A stretch of DNA of 63,804 nt, the filler included, from Octopus bimaculoides (lineage: Eukaryota): the NCBI RefSeq assembly GCF_001194135.2. It is 5 parts of 4 records of this genome, joined end to end, with 100 filler letters (N's around TTAATTAATTAA, not from the genome) between each part and the next. Parts side by side here need not be neighbours in the genome. Positions count along the whole stretch, not along the records: positions 62,780 to 63,804 come from NW_026324384.1; 4 more parts are not named here. One strand, given 5' to 3'. Positions 63,415 through 63,804 of the stretch are shown here, in pieces. The stretch's first letter is position 1. Every line of letters begins with the position of its first letter. Under the pieces are notes generated by a model. It saw nothing but the letters and a program-made list of their open reading frames with translations. It was not told the origin of the DNA and made no database searches. The translations under genes were made by a program, and so were the position numbers.

Positions 63415-63690
63415 GATATGGGCTTCATGTCTGGACTTCTAACAATTTTATAAGATTCGGTCTACACTTAAATTGTTCATAAGTTTCAGATATGCACATT
63501 TCATATCTACTACCGTGGGCCTTATAAGGTTGCGCAGTTTATATAATCGACCAAGCAATTTCATATTCGGTACAGATTTTTTTACCTGTTTTTTGAGAGG
63601 TACTGCTACTTGTCTGAGAGTCACTATTGCATATAATGGTAACTTGAGGCAGTGTGACTTTCAACAGACTATCATTTACAGGGTCAAAAC
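63415..63690 (-). mobile_element. Decayed Penelope-like GIY-YIG endonuclease C-terminal fragment
   Basis: Minus strand EYEIAWSII*TAQPYKAHGSRYEMCISE matches the PLE pattern Y.I.WSII..A.PY...S.RC.LC..E. Confidence 0.6.
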
Positions 63691-63752
63691 CACGCCACCA
63701 CCACCACCACCACCACATCAACAAGAGCAACAACAACAATAGCAACAACTGT

Positions 63753-63787
<35 letters not shown>

Positions 63788-63804
63788 GCAGCGGCAAAGC
63801 CTAT

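Overview
Eukaryotic genomic DNA from an AT-rich, microsatellite-saturated draft assembly. The SINE and LINE landscape looks like Octopus (inference). There is no prokaryotic content and no CRISPR. The window is stitched from five pieces by four identical 100-bp join pads (44 N + TTAATTAATTAA + 44 N). Piece 1 (1-28174) is a transposon graveyard: Penelope-like RT, hAT, maT/DD37D and mariner transposases, R4-like and Tx1-like LINEs, MITEs and SINEs, plus one orphan candidate exon. It also holds a complete ~1.06-kb miniature LTR element (TRIM-like: 151-bp LTRs, tRNA-Ser PBS, PPT, 5-bp TSD) inserted in the RT of an R4-like LINE. Piece 2 (28275-41968) carries 14 hand-mapped + strand exons (~1,227 codons) from the middle of a fibrocystin-L/PKHD1L1 gene (IPT/TIG repeats, G8, beta-helix); its 5' and 3' parts are not in the window. 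Piece 3 (42069-61354) carries a phase-consistent five-exon minus-strand model for a ~141-148 aa divergent EF-hand-like protein that the ORF track does not show. All protein family calls come from motif recognition by eye, not database searches.
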